A stretch of 64,000 bases of DNA from a virus (lineage: Duplodnaviria; Caudoviricetes): the IMG/VR virus record IMGVR_UViG_3300011226_000001, positions 192,001-256,000 of that record, one strand, 5' to 3'. Under the pieces are notes generated by a model. It did no database searches and had not been told where the DNA came from. It saw nothing but the letters and a program-made list of their open reading frames with translations. This document shows, piece after piece, positions 58,282-64,000 of this stretch. Both the position numbers and the translations under genes were made by a program. Within the stretch, counting starts at the first letter, position 1; each line of letters starts with the position of its first letter.

Positions 58282-58758
58282 ATGCCGATAATTAAAATCA
58301 ATAGCGCGAACAACAGCATCGTTGGTCGTGTACGTGAAAAGACGGGTGATGATTGCATCGAAGTTAGTGACGAGCTATTTGGCAGAATCATTAGCGACCC
58401 GTCTGCTTTTCAGTTCTATCCTGAGACCGGTCAGATTGACTTGGCTGAGGGTTATGATACAGCGCCTCCTGAGTTCGACCCTGTTGCGCTGGCGCAGTTC
58501 GTTGCTGAAATCAACCAGAACATCTACGTGCCTGAATTGGATGTAGACGTAAGTATCTCTGGTGATCTCGGCAACCATCTGCTGTTCGCTTTGGCACTCG
58601 CACAATACTCTCCTCAGACTATCGTGTGCAATACTAAAGGGAAAATCAGCACACTCGTTGTCGATAAGGCTGCTGCCAAACTTATTGCTAAGGCCTTCTC
58701 CGATAAAAGTTCCATTGTTCTTCAATCGTTAGGAGTCTCGGATGAGCCAGTTGACTAA
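58282..58758 (+). CDS. Putative tail-fibre assembly chaperone
   Basis: Directly after the fibre gene; DCIEVSDELF motif. Mostly positional. Confidence 0.45.
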   Translation: MPIIKINSANNSIVGRVREKTGDDCIEVSDELFGRIISDPSAFQFYPETGQIDLAEGYDTAPPEFDPVALAQFVAEINQNIYVPELDVDVSISGDLGNHLLFALALAQYSPQTIVCNTKGKISTLVVDKAAAKLIAKAFSDKSSIVLQSLGVSDEPVD

Positions 58759-59566
58759 CTACGTGGACACGTTGATTAGTCTTGCACAACAGCAAGGTCT
58801 GTCAGCGTCGAATGATATCGCGTACAAGGTAGGAGCGGATGTTACAATCATTCTTTCCTTCTCAGAACCTGTCACTCACGTATTCCCGCTGAACGGTCTC
58901 TGGATCATCGCAGACGGAGCGAACGCTGGCTACAAGAAAGTCATGCGTCGTAAGTCTAAGACTGCTACTGCACCGTACAAAAATACGTGGCAAGAGGAAA
59001 CTGATTACAATACGGTGATGACCACTGTTCAAGTCTGGGACGAAGCTGATTTGCCAGCACCTCAGATTATCAGCGCAAGTGGTGGACGTCTTACCGGTAA
59101 AGTTCTCACACGTACAGGCGTAACAACGTTTGACAACGATGAACTGATTCCTAAGTCCTATACGGACGGCGTTCGTACGGCGATGAACAACTCGTTCTTC
59201 ACCATGTTCAACAACATGAACCAGCGCGTTAACTCTAACCTTGCAGCTATTCGTACTCTCCAGTCGGATGCCCAGCTCTTAACATCCCGTGTTGCGGTGC
59301 TTGAGCAGGCGACTGATGAAGCGTCAGTGAAAGGGTTAGTGTTCGTGCAAGAGAATGCCGACACCGTATGGGCCTTGCGACATGGATTGGGCAAGGGCGC
59401 CGGCATTCCTTACGTCACTGACGAGAGAGGAGAAGTTCTATGGCCGGAAACTGTCAATCCAGCCGAAGCCGATCCAGACAACGTATTGCTGCTTACATTC
59501 TTGGAGCCTGTCTCTGGTGTAGCGCAATTAATGTACATGCCAATAGCGGAGACGAGCCAACCTTAA
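58742..59566 (+). CDS. Virion fibre-associated protein
   Basis: GGRLTG motif, coiled coil, and a C-terminal W.L.HGLG...V.D..G domain also present in the last ORF. Confidence 0.55.
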   Translation: MSQLTNYVDTLISLAQQQGLSASNDIAYKVGADVTIILSFSEPVTHVFPLNGLWIIADGANAGYKKVMRRKSKTATAPYKNTWQEETDYNTVMTTVQVWDEADLPAPQIISASGGRLTGKVLTRTGVTTFDNDELIPKSYTDGVRTAMNNSFFTMFNNMNQRVNSNLAAIRTLQSDAQLLTSRVAVLEQATDEASVKGLVFVQENADTVWALRHGLGKGAGIPYVTDERGEVLWPETVNPAEADPDNVLLLTFLEPVSGVAQLMYMPIAETSQP

Positions 59567-60465
59567 CGTGGGAACGCTCTGTCCAGCAAATGGGTAACGG
59601 CATCACAATGACCTCGACAGCACCTCTAGTTGAGAACAGCCTGATGATCGTTACTCAGTTCTCTGCTGGACCAACTCTCGGCAGCACGTTGATACGTTCG
59701 GTTGTCGATTCAATTGATGACCGTTTCGTTGTCGTGCAGTATCTGCCTATAAGCCGTGTGCTTTCAGATGCAGAGTACAAGGCATCGCTTCGCAGTATGC
59801 AACTCGTCATCCAGCTCACTAAGCCTCGTATGATACTTAGTCTGGACGATGACTATATGAAGTTCATGCCACCAAATGTCTACGAGCAGTACAAAGATAA
59901 ATTCAGTATAGCAAATAAGGGCTTAGCCACTGTCGGTAAGTCCTCTTGCGATCTTATCAACCTTATGGCGCAGCGGACGTATCAAGCGGATGCTCCTGTT
60001 TATATTCTGCGTGACGACAACGTAGCACACATTGAATCCTCTAGTGCGCTCGGTGCTTGTCTTAAAGATTACGGGCATGACGTGTCGTACTTCGCAGCGT
60101 CAACTGTTGGTGGGTTGAAGTCGGACCTGTTCGACATTGCAACCAAAGATAAAGGCATTCTTATCAGCCTTGTCAATACTGTTAGTGATACGGAATTTAA
60201 TCGACCTGTTGGTTTGGACGCAATCAACAAGTTGTTCAGGAGCATAAACAGGAAACATATTGACATTGGTTTCGTCAGAGCAAATAGAAACCTGAGTATA
60301 GTCATCGTGCCTATGCTTGGAGGACTTGATCGTAATGAGAAGACGTGGGCGAACATGCGCACATCCCCTCATCTGTACGTTCTGCCTGAGAGACTCGACA
60401 AGCTGGGTGGTTCTTTAGTGTACAAGAATATGTTTTCGGAGATTAGCGGTGTCTTGGAGGAATAA
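59440..60465 (+). CDS. Secreted protein, possibly periplasmic-binding-protein (ABC substrate-binding-like) fold
   Basis: GAGAGGAG RBS. Signal peptide ending VHA|NS; KPRMILSLDDD motif. Confidence 0.45.
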   Translation: MAGNCQSSRSRSRQRIAAYILGACLWCSAINVHANSGDEPTLTWERSVQQMGNGITMTSTAPLVENSLMIVTQFSAGPTLGSTLIRSVVDSIDDRFVVVQYLPISRVLSDAEYKASLRSMQLVIQLTKPRMILSLDDDYMKFMPPNVYEQYKDKFSIANKGLATVGKSSCDLINLMAQRTYQADAPVYILRDDNVAHIESSSALGACLKDYGHDVSYFAASTVGGLKSDLFDIATKDKGILISLVNTVSDTEFNRPVGLDAINKLFRSINRKHIDIGFVRANRNLSIVIVPMLGGLDRNEKTWANMRTSPHLYVLPERLDKLGGSLVYKNMFSEISGVLEE

Positions 60466-60486
60466 CCTCCTAGACGCAGGTGGTTT

Positions 60487-60494
60487 GCTAATTT
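60487..60494 (+). promoter_or_regulatory. Candidate late promoter GCTAATTT
   Basis: Recurrent motif in an intergenic gap. Confidence 0.55.
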
Positions 60495-60530
60495 CAGACA
60501 TATAAAAGGACCCATGAGGTAGAACCCGAA

Positions 60531-60815
60531 ATGCAAGCCAAGCGAATTAGGATTGCCATTGTGGTTGTCATTGCTCTCGCTGTGGTTGGTTTCGTGATCA
60601 CTGCTGTTAGGAGTGTTAACCAGTCTCCTGAAAATTTAATACTCAAGGAAGATGTTAGTTGCTTGTCCGCCATCTGTGTTGTCGATGGGCGATACGGGCA
60701 AAGCTGCTTAGAGTTCAAGCCTCGGATGGCGCACACGTACAAAACCACTGACGTAAACGAACCAGGTGCCGAACGGGTCATCGTCGACCTGAACGATAAC
60801 ACCTGTAAGGGTTGA
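60531..60815 (+). CDS. Small membrane-anchored protein with a 4-Cys exported domain
   Basis: GAGGT RBS. Basic N-terminus, one hydrophobic helix, four Cys. Confidence 0.6.
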   Translation: MQAKRIRIAIVVVIALAVVGFVITAVRSVNQSPENLILKEDVSCLSAICVVDGRYGQSCLEFKPRMAHTYKTTDVNEPGAERVIVDLNDNTCKG

Positions 60816-60820
60816 ATATA

Positions 60821-61330
60821 ATGTGGGCGGAAATCTTAGACAAGTTGCTCGCGTCCGATTATGCGACTGTCTTCTCTGTTGTTCTACTGATCGCGGGCGG
60901 TGCCTACGTTTGGTGGAAGCTACTGCCTCAGCTTGAAGAACTGGAGCAATTGAAAGAGCGGAACGCAGAGCTAGAAGCAGCAGCATCAACCATCAATCCA
61001 GATGGTGAATTGCTGAAAGCCGACTTGGCGCAGATGATGAGGATGATCCAGTCAATCTCGGATTCCGCGCCAGTCGATAATTTGGATATGAAAGAGGGCT
61101 TGAACTCTGTTCTTCGTGCTATGCAGCGCTTCGAACGAATCATCTCTCAGCAATCCCGTGACCACCAAGGGTCTGTCCAGTTAATGCAAGAGGTTCTTGA
61201 GAAGTTAGGCGGGAACCAGCAAGAACTTGAGAAGCTCGGTCTGCGTTTGCAGAGCATATCCAGTTCTCTTTATACAACCCCGAATGCTCAGGGCAACTCG
61301 GAGTTGAATGATTTGAGGGCATTGCGATGA
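60821..61330 (+). CDS. Single-TM coiled-coil protein (possible lysis-related)
   Basis: TM segment VFSVVLLIAGGAYVWW followed by heptad repeats. Confidence 0.5.
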   Translation: MWAEILDKLLASDYATVFSVVLLIAGGAYVWWKLLPQLEELEQLKERNAELEAAASTINPDGELLKADLAQMMRMIQSISDSAPVDNLDMKEGLNSVLRAMQRFERIISQQSRDHQGSVQLMQEVLEKLGGNQQELEKLGLRLQSISSSLYTTPNAQGNSELNDLRALR

Positions 61331-62070
61331 TGGGCTATTTGAGGAATAACATAGGGTTTCGACGCTTCACTGCCGAACGCTATTGTGATTTCTACAAAGC
61401 GAAAGCCTTCATGCTTGGAGAAGTCCTAGACTCCAACAGGCATGAGTTTACGGCTGCTGCTAGAGAAACACTGCTTCAATACCTGTCTGCATCAGAGTCT
61501 TGGTTGAGAGACATTGAACGTCGCTTCATTTCAACTGGCTGCGGTATCGAAACGGACATAGATGCTGCTGACATCCTAAGCTCTTTCGCAGATACAGAAA
61601 ATAACGTGCTGGGCCTCATGGCCCATCACCCCGAAGACTTTCCCGCGCTGTTTTGTGAGAGCTGGTACGAGATGCGTATGGCTATTAGACCCTACGTTGA
61701 TCAGATTCTCACACAACAGTTTCGGCAGGATATGAGTGAATCGTTCCGACTTATTGCGGAGTTCATTATTGGCTATATGAACTTCACACTCTTTAATTTA
61801 CACGAGATAGATTACATCTTGTGTAAGCGAGAACGACCATTCATTTATGCAGATAAAATTGACCTGAACATTATGGAACACGGACAGGTCAGTTCTCCCG
61901 TACTTCGCCTTGAAGTCTATCAACGTCACGGCTTGCTTGACGGGTACGATGTACCTGTTCGAGTGAAGTACAATATTGATGATAAATATATCAATCTAAC
62001 GGAAGAACGAGTTGCCGCATATCAAAAGCTGCGTTGTAGCTTAGATGATTGTGACAGCATGTACTTCTAA
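61327..62070 (+). CDS. Hypothetical protein
   Basis: ATGA overlap with the upstream stop; 247 aa. Confidence 0.55.
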   Translation: MMGYLRNNIGFRRFTAERYCDFYKAKAFMLGEVLDSNRHEFTAAARETLLQYLSASESWLRDIERRFISTGCGIETDIDAADILSSFADTENNVLGLMAHHPEDFPALFCESWYEMRMAIRPYVDQILTQQFRQDMSESFRLIAEFIIGYMNFTLFNLHEIDYILCKRERPFIYADKIDLNIMEHGQVSSPVLRLEVYQRHGLLDGYDVPVRVKYNIDDKYINLTEERVAAYQKLRCSLDDCDSMYF

Positions 62071-62094
62071 TCCCACGCACTCAGGAGAATGACA

Positions 62095-64000
62095 ATGCGT
62101 ACTGGTAATCTTGATTTAATGCTCGGCGCCCAGATTAAGAACTTCCGTCCTGAAGTTCTGTCCGCTGACCCGCAAGTTGGCGATCTGGTTGCTTCGCAGA
62201 CTGCGCGTATCTGGTACAACAGCACCGAAGACAAGTACAAATACTTCAACGGTACTGAAATCAAAGAACTCGGCGGCGGTAGCGGTCCTGTAGAGGGTGT
62301 TATCCTCGCAGACGGTACTGTACCGATGACTGCTGACCTGCTGCTGTCTGGTCCTGACCAGTCTGCTTCTGGCGACAACGCTGCTGTTTCTAAGAAACAC
62401 GTTGAGACTGTTGTTTCTGGCAAGCAAGACAAAATCACCGGCCTGACTGAAAACGGTGTTGTGGTTGCTGGCGCTGATAGCGAACTGCAAACCTCCAACG
62501 TCACTGCTGCTGAACTGGGCTATCTGTCTGGTGTAAGCTCAAACGTCCAGTCTCAGATCACTGCTGTTAGCAACAAAGCTAACGCGAACGAAACTGCTCT
62601 TGCTGGTAAGCTGAATGCTGCTAACGGCCAACTGACTGGCGACCTCGATGCTAACGGTAACACCGTAGCTAACCTGGCTGCTCCAGTGAACGCGAACGAT
62701 GCCGCTCGTAAGATCGATATCGAAAACGCTATCGCTGGTATCGACTGGCTGCACGACTCTGATGCTATCCAGCAGGACGGCACCCTCGACCCAGAGCTGG
62801 TAGCTGGCAAACAGTATATCATTCTGGCCGCGGACCAGATCAACCCGAACTTCGGTAGCATTACCGATCTGGTTGACAACATGATCGTGCGTTACGACGG
62901 AACCAAGTTCGTAATCGTATTCGATCCGACTGACAGCGAAGCTGGCGGTGCAGTAACGTGGGTTAAAGCGATTAAAGAATATCGTCGCTTTGACGGCACT
63001 CAGTGGACTACCTTTGGTGGTGCTTCTGAGTTCAACGCTGGCGCTGGTCTGGAAAAAGACGGCAACGTTGTTAACGTTAAAGTTGGTGCTGGTGTTCAGA
63101 TCATCGACAACGCTGTTACTGCTAAGCTGGATGCTTCCGGTGGCCTGGAAGATAACGCTGGTAGCACTCGCGTTAAACTGGACGGCTCTAGCCTGTCTCG
63201 TACTGTTGATGGTATCGCAATTGCAGAAGGCGGTGTCGGTTATGCAGAAGTTTCTCCTGCTGCCCTCGGCACTGGCCTGAAACAAGATACAGAAAACAGC
63301 AAAATCATCGTTGACGTTGCTGCGGTTAAAACTGCTGGTGGTTTCATCGACGCGACCGGTGGTTCTGTCGAAGCACTGACCCTGACTGGTACCGACCCGC
63401 TGACTGACGACAGCGTTCCTACCAAGAAGTACGTTGACGATGCTATCGCGGCCGGTTCTGGCGGCTCTGCTGCTAAACTGTATCTGTACGACAAAACTGC
63501 CGGCGGTGATGCTGCTGCATCTACGCATACCTTCGAGCACAATTCAGGTAACAAGTTTGGTACTGTTACCGTTGTGGACGACACTGGGTATCAGATCATC
63601 CCTGATGAGGTTGTATTCATCGATGACAACAGCCTGCGTGTTGAGCTTACTACAGCCAAGAAAGTTGCTATCGCATTTGTAACTGGCCCAAAGTCTGAAG
63701 GCTCTAGTGGAGGTGAAGCACCTCCGGCGGGGCCTACTTACAATCTGTTATTGGCTCAGAACAAAGGTAACGTTACACCGAGCAGCACCTCTGAAGGTCG
63801 CTTCATTGCGATTGATGACGGCGGCACGAACACTGTTAAGTCTGCTTCCTGGTCGTTCACAGGCACTCAGGGTATTCAATCCTTCGGTGTTCTGCTGGCT
63901 ACCATCGGTATGCCATCTAACAGCACTCTGCCTCTGCCTATCACAGGTACTGTTACCGCGACAATCACCCTGCGTGACGACAGCGTGATCACTCGTACTC
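62095..64000 (+). CDS. Long fibre/whisker protein, 3'-truncated (absent from the ORF track because it has no stop in the window)
   Basis: AGGAG RBS. MRTGNLDLMLGAQIKNFRPE..., ELGYLSGVSSNVQSQI, ANLAAPVNANDAARK, AGAGLEKDGN and VPTKKYVD are fibre-shaft motifs; frame open to the window end. Confidence 0.8.
   Translation, partial: MRTGNLDLMLGAQIKNFRPEVLSADPQVGDLVASQTARIWYNSTEDKYKYFNGTEIKELGGGSGPVEGVILADGTVPMTADLLLSGPDQSASGDNAAVSKKHVETVVSGKQDKITGLTENGVVVAGADSELQTSNVTAAELGYLSGVSSNVQSQITAVSNKANANETALAGKLNAANGQLTGDLDANGNTVANLAAPVNANDAARKIDIENAIAGIDWLHDSDAIQQDGTLDPELVAGKQYIILAADQINPNFGSITDLVDNMIVRYDGTKFVIVFDPTDSEAGGAVTWVKAIKEYRRFDGTQWTTFGGASEFNAGAGLEKDGNVVNVKVGAGVQIIDNAVTAKLDASGGLEDNAGSTRVKLDGSSLSRTVDGIAIAEGGVGYAEVSPAALGTGLKQDTENSKIIVDVAAVKTAGGFIDATGGSVEALTLTGTDPLTDDSVPTKKYVDDAIAAGSGGSAAKLYLYDKTAGGDAAASTHTFEHNSGNKFGTVTVVDDTGYQIIPDEVVFIDDNSLRVELTTAKKVAIAFVTGPKSEGSSGGEAPPAGPTYNLLLAQNKGNVTPSSTSEGRFIAIDDGGTNTVKSASWSFTGTQGIQSFGVLLATIGMPSNSTLPLPITGTVTATITLRDDSVITRT

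Overview
64 kb of the virion-morphogenesis region of a large (probably jumbo) contractile-tailed dsDNA phage. Nearly all real genes are on the + strand. The gene set and order resemble the hairy jumbo myoviruses of the Erwinia Y3/Yoloswag, Dickeya JA11 and Pseudomonas Lu11 type; this assignment is inferred from gene content, not from a search. Left to right: fibre/structural genes, NAD-dependent DNA ligase, GT2-TPR glycosyltransferase, head module (protease, acidic scaffold, decoration protein, major capsid), tail module (sheath, two tubes, chaperones, tape measure/muramidase, hub, spike), an enzyme island (NUDIX, MmcB-like nuclease, dTMP kinase), PAAR and baseplate wedge, collagen-like and lectin-like fibres (one with a C-terminal Hint/mini-intein), possible envelope/lysis genes, and a final fibre gene running off the window. 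The standout is a ~1.25 kb gap (39.29-40.54 kb) that reads as one very large, densely base-paired + strand RNA. It has nested long-range helices, a candidate pseudoknot, an identical 15-nt loop displayed twice, and a terminator. Other patterns: a recurring S-x-S(-A/G) motif (candidate prohead-protease site or packaging tag), a shared ~65-aa domain in four dispersed proteins, a GCTAATTT candidate late promoter, and a 16-aa-periodic ruler-like fibre protein. All helices and motifs were found by eye; no searches or folding programs were run.
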